A DNA stretch of 64,000 nucleotides. It comes from Opitutales bacterium. GTDB taxonomy: Bacteria > Verrucomicrobiota > Verrucomicrobiia > Opitutales > PNEW01. Shown here one piece after another: positions 29,723 through 39,331 of the stretch. The translations under genes were made by a program, and so were the position numbers. Each line of letters starts with the position of its first letter. Position 1 is the first letter of the stretch. The stretch lies in contig CBDANS010000006.1 in assembly GCA_965197745.1 (NCBI GenBank), positions 320,001 through 384,000 on the forward strand. Reading direction: 5' to 3'. The notes below the pieces were generated by a model, which saw only the letters and a program-made list of their open reading frames with translations, was not told the DNA's origin and did no database searches.

Positions 29723-30331
29723 TTATTGATCTACGAGTGGGGCAAATGTGCTTTGACGCCTTTGTCCCATGGGCGTGCCAAAAATCTCGGAATAGAGAAA
29801 TGCCTTTCGCGCACTCTTGGAATCCTCAAGCATAGACGTGATTTCACGACGGAAAGTGGATTTAGAGCCCCGTTTTTTTCTCAAACTATAATCATCTCTT
29901 TGTGCTTTCCTCGTCATCGGTTGCTGCACTCTTTCCGATTCTCTGTTGGCTTCACGCAACCGCTCCATCTGGGCAGTCAGTTGTTTCTGCAAGTCAATAG
30001 CGGCAGGTGGTTCCGGTTCACGCATAGGGGTCACTCGGGGTTCGGGTGGTATAGGAATACTGAAAGGGGAACGCTGTGTCGCAGTTGGCCGATCGAAAGT
30101 CGGCATCGGAGGGGTCAATGTTGGTGAAGGTTCATCCTCCACTGTCTCCTGCTGACGCTCCGCAATTCTGCGCCTGATTTCGTCCTGTATTTTTCTTTGG
30201 CGTTCGGATTCATCAGGCGGCGTTGCGGGAGCCCCTGATTTATCATCTTCCCCTTTACCGAATAATTTGGATATACCGTAGAGGACAAAAAATATAATCG
30301 GCAGCAGGTACTCTATCCAATTAGTATCCAT
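29723..30331 (-). CDS. Hypothetical membrane-anchored protein, YqfB-like (flotillin operon)
   Basis: N-terminal TM helix, Pro-rich linker, ARKAFLYSEIFGTP C-terminal motif; last gene after floA. Confidence 0.7.
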   Translation of the reverse strand: MDTNWIEYLLPIIFFVLYGISKLFGKGEDDKSGAPATPPDESERQRKIQDEIRRRIAERQQETVEDEPSPTLTPPMPTFDRPTATQRSPFSIPIPPEPRVTPMREPEPPAAIDLQKQLTAQMERLREANRESERVQQPMTRKAQRDDYSLRKKRGSKSTFRREITSMLEDSKSARKAFLYSEIFGTPMGQRRQSTFAPLVDQ

Positions 30332-30362
30332 AAGCGCGTGCGGACAGTAAGGCGTTCAATTA

Positions 30363-31400
30363 TTAAGTGGCATCACTTCCGCTATCATTATCGTCATCTT
30401 TTCCAATAGATTGGCGCATCTCGGTATCCGACTGGATATTCATCATACGATAATAATCCATAACACCCATATTGCCCCCTCTCAGGGCCTCTGCCATGGC
30501 CATGGGGACTTCGGCCTGTGCTTCAACAAGTTTGGCCCGCATCTCTTCAACTTTTGCCGTCATCTCCTGTTCAACAGCAACCGCGGCAGCGCGACGGATT
30601 TCAGCTTGTGCCTGGGCTACTTTTTTATTCGCTTCAGCTTGAGCTTCCTGCAGTTGGGCCCCAATATTCTGACCTACGTCTATATCGGCAATGTCAATGG
30701 ATAATATTTCAAAAGCCGTCCCGGTATCCAGACCGCGTTGAAGAACGTTTTTAGATATTGAATCGGGATTTTCCAGAACCCATTTGTAGGTATCAGAAGA
30801 TCCAATGGTGGTAACGATTCCTTCGCCTACACGGGCGATAATTGTCTCTTCCTGTGCGCTGCCAACATAGTGATCGAGATCACTTCGCACCGTTACCCGC
30901 GCGCGCGCTTTCACCTGGATGCCATCTTTGGCCACGCCATCGATCGTAGCACGGCCGGACTCGGGGTTGGGGCAGTCAATAACTTTCGGGTTAATTGAAG
31001 TGCGCACCGCTTCCATTACCGACTTGCCGCTTCCTTTGGTGGCAAGATCGATAGCACACGCACGATTCCAGTCTATGGAAATTCCGGCTTTCATCGAATT
31101 GATGAGTGCCTGGGTTGTTTGAATGATATCGCCGCCTGCAAGATAGTGCTGTTCGAATTCATCACTTGGGATATCGACACCGGCTTTGGCCGCGGTGATG
31201 CGCGCCTCCACAATCAAAGAGTAAGGAACCCCGCGCAATCGCATAGCTATAAGGGTGGCGATGCTGACCGGTGCGCCCGACAACCAGGCCTTCAACCACA
31301 CATTAAAGAAGGAGATGATTAGAATAAAGACCCCGAGCAGAAAGATGCCAGCGATAACGAGAACAATCTGAGGGAAGGTAATGGCGATAGGAATTTGCAT
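30363..31400 (-). CDS. floA: Flotillin-like protein FloA (YqfA)
   Basis: [60 protein letters not shown]. Confidence 0.92.
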   Translation of the reverse strand: MQIPIAITFPQIVLVIAGIFLLGVFILIISFFNVWLKAWLSGAPVSIATLIAMRLRGVPYSLIVEARITAAKAGVDIPSDEFEQHYLAGGDIIQTTQALINSMKAGISIDWNRACAIDLATKGSGKSVMEAVRTSINPKVIDCPNPESGRATIDGVAKDGIQVKARARVTVRSDLDHYVGSAQEETIIARVGEGIVTTIGSSDTYKWVLENPDSISKNVLQRGLDTGTAFEILSIDIADIDVGQNIGAQLQEAQAEANKKVAQAQAEIRRAAAVAVEQEMTAKVEEMRAKLVEAQAEVPMAMAEALRGGNMGVMDYYRMMNIQSDTEMRQSIGKDDDNDSGSDAT

Positions 31401-31574
31401 AATATTAATGGATCGAGTTAGTTCGAAATTTCAGTCCTTGTTCAGCGATACTCTCGCACGCTAAAGCTTATTCATAAAGATATATTTAAAATAATGAATG
31501 GATTCAGTACTTATCTTGTCAAGTTTCCAAATAATGTAAGCGATATTTATTCATCAAACAAAGAAGCTATTTAT

Positions 31575-32048
31575 TTAGTCTACTGACGCCTTTTTTACAA
31601 CCACTTTATAGTCATCATAATTGATAACCTCTACCGGTGTCCCTTTTTCAAGCATACCACTTTTTGAAGTCGCCTCATATTCTATGCCCTCGACGAGAAT
31701 CTTGCCGGTCGGCGCCATGGTCGTGAGTGATTCTCCACTTTTGCCGATGATATTCTCCTCTGTTTGGGGTATATTACTGCTTCCCTCTACAGCCGTTCTA
31801 AGAAAAAGTTTTTCTCCTAACCGGGTTTTAGGTAATATTTTTAGTTCAAGGATTAACATGCCTATGGAAAGACCCATCGCGATAAAAAAAACAACCATCG
31901 CACTGAGCGCGCCGTGATCAATGTAAGCCATCACACAGGCGGTTAACATGAGAATGCCGCCGAGGATGGCAAGGATCCCTCCGGGCACAAATATTTCAAA
32001 GAAAAACAGGAGCAAAGCAATGCTCATTAATGTGATTATAATACTCAT
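31575..32048 (-). CDS. Short NfeD family membrane protein
   Basis: FFEIFVPGGILA TM block plus C-terminal OB-like G..G.S.T.MAPTGKI...YEA domain. Confidence 0.85.
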   Translation of the reverse strand: MSIIITLMSIALLLFFFEIFVPGGILAILGGILMLTACVMAYIDHGALSAMVVFFIAMGLSIGMLILELKILPKTRLGEKLFLRTAVEGSSNIPQTEENIIGKSGESLTTMAPTGKILVEGIEYEATSKSGMLEKGTPVEVINYDDYKVVVKKASVD

Positions 32049-33694
32049 ACGCTTGTTTTTTTAACAATGAGAGCAAAGCTCTGATGGCCCGTTACCTCAA
32101 CAGCTTCACCTCGATCCAAGATTCCATAACCTAGTGTAGCCTCATAACGTCTGCCCTCAATCTCAATTTCTCCAGCGGGATGTAAGTCAGAAACCGCTAC
32201 ACCCTGTGCGCCGATCTCAGGCAACTCGACTCCTTTATCATAGCTGCTGCCACCGCCAGCCGTCAACGGGTCGGGCGCGGCTACCCCTCCGGAGAGCGTT
32301 AGTTTATCCCAAACCCAGGACTTGGGAAGAAACCGCCACAAGAGCAGGACTCCGAGAATAGCTATGGTGACCGAAAGCGCCAGTTCGTAAACAGGGGGCC
32401 ATAAAATATCAGGATTTAATTCAAATGCGTCTCCGGGCCAGATATCTGCCAAAGACCAGATGAGAGAGCCAAAAACCAAAGCCAGGCCGGTCACCGCGGG
32501 AAAAATGGTACCCGGTAAGACAAACAACTCCACGGCGATGAGAACCAGGCCCAATAAAAAAAGAATTACGGCTTCTTGTCCCGCGAGTCCCACTACATAA
32601 TTACTGATGAAAACAACCAGGAGCATGCCGATACCTATCCCTCCCACGATGCCAAAATTGGGTGTCTTAAATTCGATAATCAGGCACAGAATGCCAAGCC
32701 CCATGAGAACGGGCTTTATCATGTCTAGATACTGAGCAAGTGATTCGGACCAGGTGATTTCAAATGCTTTAATTTCATAATTACTCTCGCCATACTTATC
32801 GTTAAGCAGCTCCTCCAAAGACGCCGCGATCCCTGCGCCCAGCAGGGCACGCGGGGGATCACCGTATTCATCCATCGCTTCACTTGCTGTTAAAGTAAGA
32901 AGTTCTCCCTCCCCTTTGATAACTTTCCCATCTATTTCGAGGACAAAATTTTCGTCCATCATGGCGCGAATCACCTCAGCCCGGAAAGGGTACTTTTCCG
33001 TATAGGTACGTATCTTCGCCCTTAAATGACTCATTATTTTTAATTTTGCGGTCTCGGGAATTTCCTGCCCTCCAGGCATAATCGGCGCGGCAGCCCCTAT
33101 CTGGCCTTTGGGAGCAAAGTAAATTTCATGCGTGGAAGCGGCGATAAAGGCGCCTGCCGATGTGGCATCAACATTTACATAAGTAATCGTATCACCTTCA
33201 AAACGATCGAGCGTATCCATCATTTCCAAGGTCACATCCACACGCCCTCCCGGCGTGTTCATGTCAAGGACTACACTATCGACTTCATTGTCAATGGCCT
33301 CCTTGATACCACGACGGAGAATATACTCAATCGGTTTGGAGATAACACCCTCGACGGTTACGACATATACTTTATGATATTTTTTTTCGGGCGCGGGCGA
33401 AGACTCCTCAGCATCCTCTGCTTCACCCTGTTGGCTCCCGGCATCAGCTATCTCGGTAATCGCTTCTTTTATTTCGTTTTGCACAATCTCTGATTGCTCC
33501 TCTGTATCAGCGGCAGCTTCTTTATCATCAGGAGAAGGAGCCTTCTCCACTTCCTCACGGTCAGGGCTATGATCCTCTCCTTCTTCGCCATTTAATGGAC
33601 TTTTTATCACGAAAAAAGCCTGAGCGATAATAGCAGCTATGAAAACATAGCCATAACTGAATAGAACATTCTTTCGCATAGTATGTAATGCCAT
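32045..33694 (-). CDS. nfeD: Long NfeD (ClpP-class serine protease domain, TM domain, OB domain; YqeZ-like)
   Basis: DMNTPGG, ATSAGAFI, IGAAAP, LLTLTA, EFKTPNFG, LHPAGEIEIEG. Start moved to ATG 33694. Confidence 0.88.
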   Translation of the reverse strand: MALHTMRKNVLFSYGYVFIAAIIAQAFFVIKSPLNGEEGEDHSPDREEVEKAPSPDDKEAAADTEEQSEIVQNEIKEAITEIADAGSQQGEAEDAEESSPAPEKKYHKVYVVTVEGVISKPIEYILRRGIKEAIDNEVDSVVLDMNTPGGRVDVTLEMMDTLDRFEGDTITYVNVDATSAGAFIAASTHEIYFAPKGQIGAAAPIMPGGQEIPETAKLKIMSHLRAKIRTYTEKYPFRAEVIRAMMDENFVLEIDGKVIKGEGELLTLTASEAMDEYGDPPRALLGAGIAASLEELLNDKYGESNYEIKAFEITWSESLAQYLDMIKPVLMGLGILCLIIEFKTPNFGIVGGIGIGMLLVVFISNYVVGLAGQEAVILFLLGLVLIAVELFVLPGTIFPAVTGLALVFGSLIWSLADIWPGDAFELNPDILWPPVYELALSVTIAILGVLLLWRFLPKSWVWDKLTLSGGVAAPDPLTAGGGSSYDKGVELPEIGAQGVAVSDLHPAGEIEIEGRRYEATLGYGILDRGEAVEVTGHQSFALIVKKTSV

Positions 33695-33855
33695 TTTCTT
33701 AATTATAATAATGAAGCTTTTAAATGCCAAATGCAAGCATGAGAATGATCTCCTGCTTACTCGAAAGTGATCAATACAGACTGTCAATACAGGTTCTGGT
33801 TTCCTCTAAAATGTTAATTTTAAATAACAGAGCGGTTACCCCGGATAGCTAAAAC

Positions 33856-35034
33856 TTACCAATCGCCAACTGCGCCGTCCGCATAGTATGAACGCTGCGG
33901 TAATTCCTGCTTAAAAGGATGATTGGCTACTTTATCTTCATCAATTTCAACTCCCAGTCCGGGCTTCGTGTTCGGCCTCACAATCCGGCCCTCTTTTTCA
34001 ACTTCGAATCCCCAGGTAACAATATCCTCGCGCCAGGGAACATCCTGATGAACGGCTTCACAGATAATATAACTTGGCGTCGCAAAGCCCAGTTCAAGTG
34101 AGGCTGCCGTGCTGACGGGTCCCTGGGGGTTATGAGGAGCCATGGCCACACGGTAAGCTTCGGCCAGGCTCGCGATGCGTCGCGCTTCACTGAGACCGCC
34201 ACAGTGTGTGATATCAGGTTGAATTATGCTACAACCACCGCATGCCAGCAAATCGCGAAAAGCGTGTATTCCAATCATCCGTTCACCCGTGGCGATCGGG
34301 GTGGATACAGCTCTCTGAATTGCCGCAATGTCTTCGTAGACTTCCGGCCAACAGGGTTCTTCAAAAAAATAAAGGCCATAAGGTTCCAGGGCCTTGGCAA
34401 AAAGCATGCCCATTCGCGGCGAAGGCCGCGCATGGCAGTCTACCATGATGTCTATATTCTCGCCCACAGCTTCGCGCATGGCCTGAACACAGGCTTCCGC
34501 ATAGCGAATTGGCTTGAGGCCTTCTATAGGCATCGTTTCCGGCACCGCCATCGATTTAAAAGCGGTAAATCCATCCTCTACGACTTGTTGAGCCATCTCC
34601 GCGAAACGGGGTGCGTCCTGCGGTTTTGTCTCATAAAAGTCCTCCATTTTACCGCCCCCCAGATGGCAATATAGGCGAACATAGTCGCGCACCGGTCCAC
34701 CCCACAACTGATGGCAGGGGGTCTCTTTAATTTTCCCCAGGATATCCCATAAAGCGAGATCGATCCCGCTGATCGCTGTGCCGCGAACAACACCATTTCC
34801 ATGCCAGAAATGCTGACGGTACATCACTTGCCAAAGATACTCGATCCTCCGGGGATCTTCTCCAATAAGCAGACTTGAAATATCTTCAACTGCGCCAACG
34901 ACGGCGCGCGTGTGCCATTCCAGTGTTGCTTCACCCCAACCAAATAGGCCGGGTTGATCGGTTATGACCTTTACGAAAATCCAGTTACGCATGCGCGCGT
35001 TGCATACGATAGTTTCAATTTTTGTTATTTTCAT
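33856..35034 (-). CDS. dgoD: Galactonate dehydratase family (enolase/mandelate racemase superfamily)
   Basis: [64 protein letters not shown] terminus. Confidence 0.82.
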   Translation of the reverse strand: MKITKIETIVCNARMRNWIFVKVITDQPGLFGWGEATLEWHTRAVVGAVEDISSLLIGEDPRRIEYLWQVMYRQHFWHGNGVVRGTAISGIDLALWDILGKIKETPCHQLWGGPVRDYVRLYCHLGGGKMEDFYETKPQDAPRFAEMAQQVVEDGFTAFKSMAVPETMPIEGLKPIRYAEACVQAMREAVGENIDIMVDCHARPSPRMGMLFAKALEPYGLYFFEEPCWPEVYEDIAAIQRAVSTPIATGERMIGIHAFRDLLACGGCSIIQPDITHCGGLSEARRIASLAEAYRVAMAPHNPQGPVSTAASLELGFATPSYIICEAVHQDVPWREDIVTWGFEVEKEGRIVRPNTKPGLGVEIDEDKVANHPFKQELPQRSYYADGAVGDW

Positions 35035-35123
35035 CGTAACAGAATCGCTTAACAATAAATCTCAAATACCGGAAGCTTTATTTTAAAAGGGGGCTTAAAA
35101 AAGTAGCATATGGACAAGCCGTA

Positions 35124-35259
35124 AATCTTCGTCTTCGTCCCTGTGGATATTTTCGAAATAATGACCAAGTAAAATTTTATAAATAAATCATTCTTTTACA
35201 GGAAAATGGTGGGGATAAGGTAGAGGAGGACGCAGACGAAGAGGCGGACGAAGACGAAG
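35124..35259. repeat. GACGAA-hexamer inverted-repeat element, copy 2
   Basis: CTTCGTCTTCGTCC (35127-35140) is the perfect reverse complement of GGACGAAGACGAAG (35246-35259). Confidence 0.7.
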
Positions 35260-35341
35260 CTTTATTTTATGGGTTCTGATATTTAAATTGTTTTAGTCCT
35301 ATCTAAATACTAACCTCTTCCGTTCAAAATTAACCTAATGA

Positions 35342-35370
35342 TTGACAATTCAATAAGATCGATGGTTAAT
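35342..35370 (+). promoter_or_regulatory. Possible sigma70 promoter for tRNA-Asn
   Basis: TTGACA (35342-35347), 17-nt spacer, GTTAAT; 21 nt upstream of the tRNA. Confidence 0.4.
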
Positions 35371-35391
35371 TCCGATCTTTTTTGAAACCAA

Positions 35392-35466
35392 TGCCCGGTA
35401 GCTCAGTGGTAGAGCAGGTGGCTGTTAACCACTTTGTCGCAGGTTCGAATCCTGCCCGGGCAGCCA
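35392..35466 (+). tRNA. tRNA-Asn (anticodon GTT)
   Basis: TGCCCGG/CCGGGCA acceptor, GGTGG-CTGTTAA-CCACT anticodon arm, GGTTCGAATCC T-arm, encoded CCA. Confidence 0.97.
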
Positions 35467-35531
35467 TTCGACGTGCTGACTAGGTCAGCTTGCTCATGAC
35501 AGGCCAATGTGCAAAGGTGAATAGATAGGTG

Positions 35532-35697
35532 GGCAGGATGAGAACCTGGGTTCGTTCCGAGGAGCTACTGCGACGACACAAGCGAAGCGTCCATCCTGCC
35601 CGGGCAGCCATTTGTTAAGGATGATGATTGGCAGGATGAGAACCTGGGTTCGTTCCGAGGAGCTACCGCGACGACACAAGCGAAGCGTCCATCCTGC
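35532..35697 (+). repeat. Two 68-bp direct repeats linked to tRNA-Asn; the first regenerates the tRNA 3' end
   Basis: 35532-35599 and 35630-35697 differ at one base. 35593-35612 is identical to 35449-35468. Confidence 0.9.
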
Positions 35698-35722
35698 GGG
35701 TGATGTAACCGCATGTAAATTC

Positions 35723-35757
35723 AATCGACAATCGGCAGTCCGCAATCGACAATCGAA
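35723..35757 (+). repeat. Five degenerate tandem heptamers (AATCGAC family)
   Basis: AATCGAC AATCGGC AGTCCGC AATCGAC AATCGAA. Confidence 0.75.
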
Positions 35758-35759
35758 CC

Positions 35760-36662
35760 ATGTCCCTTAACTTGACGCTGCTTGGCACCGGCACACCAAC
35801 ACCGTTGATTCATCGCGCTGGATCATCCTATTTAGTCACCCTGGAGGATGAGATGCTGCTCTTTGATTGTGGTCCGGGCTGTGTGCGACGATTGATTAAG
35901 AAAGGCATTGCTCCTACCCGTATAACCAGTCTTCTTCTGACCCATTTGCATTATGACCACTGTGTGGATTACGGCTATCTCGTTTTAAATCGCTGGGATC
36001 AAGGGGCAGGTCAGATTCCTGAATTAGACGTCATCGGTCCGGAAAATACACAACAGATAACAAACGCGCTTTTTAACAAGGGTGGGGCTTTTGATCCCGA
36101 CCTGACTGCTCGAACGCAACATCCAACCAGTCACTTTATCTATGAACAGCGTGGCGGTAAATTACCACGCGTACGCCCCTCCCCCGTCGTGACCGAGGTA
36201 GCATCAGGGACTTTAATTAAACGCGATAAGTGGAGTCTTGAAGTGGCGGAAGTCATTCACGTCCAACCTTACCTGGCCTGTTTAGCTTATCGATTAAATA
36301 CATCCTCCCACGCGATCGTCTTTGGGGGAGATACAGCACCCATTGCCAGCCTGACTAAACTGGCTGAAAGAGCCGATGTGCTGCTGCACATGTGTCATTT
36401 CTTTAATGGGGTGAACACCGATGCCCGACTGACGGACTTCTGTTCCGGCCATCTCGATGCGGCTCGCACCGCCCGCGATGCACAAGTCAAAACCTTGATC
36501 CTGGTCCATCTTACAGAACAATTGGAACAACCCGGTATTCGCGAGCGTGTATTAACCGAAGCTGGCCAGATATTCGAGGGTAATATCATTTTCGGTGAAG
36601 ACCTGCTCGAGGTGCCACTCGACCTCATTGAACCCTCCCCTTCCATAGAGAATAGCGGTTAA
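35760..36662 (+). CDS. MBL-fold metallo-hydrolase, RNase Z/AtsA-like subfamily
   Basis: LLGTGTP, FDCGPG, THLHYDH, GDT, SGHL, LILVHL. Confidence 0.85.
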   Translation: MSLNLTLLGTGTPTPLIHRAGSSYLVTLEDEMLLFDCGPGCVRRLIKKGIAPTRITSLLLTHLHYDHCVDYGYLVLNRWDQGAGQIPELDVIGPENTQQITNALFNKGGAFDPDLTARTQHPTSHFIYEQRGGKLPRVRPSPVVTEVASGTLIKRDKWSLEVAEVIHVQPYLACLAYRLNTSSHAIVFGGDTAPIASLTKLAERADVLLHMCHFFNGVNTDARLTDFCSGHLDAARTARDAQVKTLILVHLTEQLEQPGIRERVLTEAGQIFEGNIIFGEDLLEVPLDLIEPSPSIENSG

Positions 36663-36683
36663 CAGCCGATTGTATTATCCCCC

Positions 36684-36850
36684 TTGTCATTGCGAAGGAG
36701 GTGTAGCTGACTGCGGCTACCGAGTCCCACAACTGCGGGACGACAATCTTCCATTCCAGAGGAATGCCGGTTACGTCTTCACAGTCCCCTGGAATGGGAG
36801 ATGTTGCTGCGCTCGGTAGCCACCGCTGTCAAACAGCCTCGCGATGTCAA
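36684..36850. repeat. Long imperfect palindromic element of the TTGTCATTGCGA family, copy 2
   Basis: Nested arms: 36684-36696/36838-36850 (imperfect), 36715-36724/36812-36821 (10/10), 36746-36759/36789-36802 (13/14). Confidence 0.75.
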
Positions 36851-36881
36851 AGGAAATCAATTTCAATTAATTATAGACAAC

Positions 36882-37904
36882 ATGTCTCGCCGAAGTCTTG
36901 ACGAAGGAAGATCGAGAATTGATATTGAAAAGATGAATGCATTTGTAAGTTCCAAAGAAAAGATCCGAGCCTGGATGGACACCCATTTCGACGAAGAGGG
37001 AATCAGCACCGATGACGCCGATGATTCACGCTATTATTATAAGACACCCTACCTTCTTACCAAGGTGGGATTGCGGTCTAAAGGCGCGCGGGTGGCAAAA
37101 CAGGTTAAAGAAAGGTTTATAGACTCGGAAGGAAATCTCACGGGACCCCCGGAATTTTCGCTCGAAAATCGCGTTTATGCCATGGGTTGGTTGGGGTTTG
37201 GCGCAATGATCGTAGAACGGTTTGATCTAGCAGGGATAATGGCTGACCGCCTGATTCAAATGCAAGATACGGAGTCCGGGGGGATTCTATTGCCTGATGA
37301 AGACGCAGGCGAAGCGGTAGCGGAAGTCTGTTTTTCAGCCGGCGCGGGCATGGCCTTGGCCGCCACGGGTAAAAACGAGAGAGCAAAACTCATGGCTGAC
37401 CGGTTTGTTACATTGCTGGACGCGCAACCTGAGAGTGGCTGCTATTACAACCGCTTTCGCGGCGATGGTTCGATCTTCGCAAGATCAGCGGAAGGGGGTT
37501 GGGAAAAGTCATATAATCTAAAACTGGCAGAACAGCGTCCCGCCAATTTTGCAACCGTTGTCTTGGCTCTCGTCTGGACCGGTCGCGCGTTAAGAGATAA
37601 ATCCTATTTTACCGCAGCCCAACGCTATGTTGATATAGTCTATAGCCATGAAATGGACCCGGCCCATTTCGGGCGTGCGACTAAATTCGGATGGGCCATG
37701 CTTACCTTGTATGAAGAGACGGGCAACCCTGCCCTCTTCGAACACGCCAAACACTTAGGCGATGTTTTATTAAGCCATCAATGCGATGATGGGTTCTGGT
37801 TTTCAAAGCCGGGGCACAATGAGGACGAACCGGCATGGATGCGCCTGGCCTATTCTGCTGACTGCGCGATGACCGTTTGCTCACTGGCGAACATGTTAAA
37901 ATGA
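36882..37904 (+). CDS. Hypothetical protein, probably helical (alpha/alpha)-barrel fold
   Basis: Long ORF with repeated L..xQ..xGG/DGFW-type helix ends (LIQMQDTESGG, LLDAQPESG, LLSHQCDDGFW). The track start at 36801 lies inside a palindromic element, so ATG 36882 (or 36933) is preferred. Confidence 0.65.
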   Translation: MSRRSLDEGRSRIDIEKMNAFVSSKEKIRAWMDTHFDEEGISTDDADDSRYYYKTPYLLTKVGLRSKGARVAKQVKERFIDSEGNLTGPPEFSLENRVYAMGWLGFGAMIVERFDLAGIMADRLIQMQDTESGGILLPDEDAGEAVAEVCFSAGAGMALAATGKNERAKLMADRFVTLLDAQPESGCYYNRFRGDGSIFARSAEGGWEKSYNLKLAEQRPANFATVVLALVWTGRALRDKSYFTAAQRYVDIVYSHEMDPAHFGRATKFGWAMLTLYEETGNPALFEHAKHLGDVLLSHQCDDGFWFSKPGHNEDEPAWMRLAYSADCAMTVCSLANMLK

Positions 37905-37931
37905 GTCCCGGTAATAACACCCGAGATAACT

Positions 37932-39161
37932 TTATATTTCTTCAACGCGTTTTTGAGCATCTTTCACAATATTGGCAACAGGCCTATTGGTATTAATAGC
38001 CCCTTTCATTATGTCATCGATGATGGCCGCCAGCTGAATCCATTTTGGGTGTCGTGGTAAATCACGAGCATTATTTTGGAGTTTTTCCAATTTACGGTAA
38101 TAAGGTATAATCTGATTGAGCTGCTCATCCTGCCAGGTAGATAACCTGCTCCCGTTTCCTCCTTCCAGGGTTAGCAGTCTATCCATTTTTTTACTGACGC
38201 AGTGCCGGATAAAACGGTAGGCCAGATCTTTATTACGACACCCGCTGGCAATACCTAAGACCCAGTATACATTCAGCGTTATGCCACGCATTGAAGTGTC
38301 ATGCGGTAAATACGTCACCCCAACCTTTCCTTTTACTTTTGATTCGGGAAGCGATTCACACTGGGCGGCACAGCTAAACCAATTTATCATCATTGCTGCT
38401 TCACCTTTAGCGAAAACCCTACCCGATTCTACGGCGTCTAGCATCCGCGTATTCGAATTCATTACCGAGGAGTCATTAACAAAATCACGGTAAAATGATA
38501 ATGTCCCCTCCACAAGCGGCTGGTTTAAGTTAAACTCTCCATAACGATCATAAAGCACTCCGCCGCTGGACCAAAAATGAAGGAAAAAATCACAAATCGT
38601 GTTATACCCATCCTGGTTTGCGATAAATACAGCACCTGAAAATCCGTTTTCCGGACGATTAAAATACTGGGCCACCTCTTTAAATTCACCCTAGGTTTGA
38701 GGAACCTTGAGTGGATACCCGTATCTTTTTTCATAGGCTGCATCCTCTTCAGGATTATTTAAGAGATCTTTACGATAGATAAGGCATTTTTGACCATCAT
38801 GGTAAGGAAGGCCATAGACTTCGTCGCCATATGTTTGAAAATGCAATAAGGAGTTATCCCACCCATTGGGATAATTGTCCGGGGGCAAGTCGCGTAAGAA
38901 TAATTGCAAATCTATCAGATGTTGTCCGGTAACAGCTTCAGCGATCCAATCGGTCACGATGAAGGCAACGTCAAAATCACCCCGTTTAAGTCCCTCACTT
39001 TTAAAGAGAGCTCCATATAAATCAGGAATATCTAAAGCCTTTATATCCAGGGTCAGATCAAGGCCTTCCGATTCGCAAAAATTTTCCCACTGTTTTTTAA
39101 TGGCTCTTTCAAAGGCATCTAATCTTTTTACCGCGATTCGCAGGCATTTATGGTCGGTCAT
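37932..39161 (-). pseudogene. ABC sugar-binding protein (family 1 SBP) interrupted by one in-frame TAG at 38693-38691
   Basis: ORFs 38691..39161 and 37932..38675 share a frame and read ...LKVPQT*GEFKEVAQYFNRP... The stop sits at the Trp of the P-x-T-W-x-E motif. Confidence 0.85.
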
Positions 39162-39331
39162 TGAGAGTATGCTGAAGGGGTCAGCTGCTGGGGCCGAAAA
39201 TAAATCACGGCTTACCTGGCTTCTCTCCAGGCATAGTTATAGTGCTGTGGCTGAAGCCTCGGTGTATAAGGGTTGAAATCCTGTCTCGCCCTGAGAGTTA
39301 CGATGGCGGGTCAGTCGAAATCTGGAATTTT

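Noticed and set aside
35449..35612. Prophage or integrative element with integrase at tRNA-Asn (or at tRNA-Gly/Glu)
   Set aside because: The duplicated ends are only 144 bp apart, and no integrase, transposase or phage gene appears in the window.
35532..35697. CRISPR array
   Set aside because: Only two units, 68 bp long. The 30-nt gap begins with the tRNA 3'-end duplicate, and there are no cas genes.
35494..35745. 83-aa minus-strand ORF
   Set aside because: It is made of the tRNA-linked and heptamer repeats and has no protein-like features.
38691..38693. Pyrrolysine or genetic-code reassignment of TAG
   Set aside because: The codon replaces a conserved Trp by a single transition, TAG is a normal stop elsewhere (purB, pilin), and no pyl genes are seen.
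39162..39331. Riboswitch upstream of the sugar-binding gene
   Set aside because: Small hairpins are possible, but I could not match any known aptamer consensus; an Infernal/Rfam scan would be needed.
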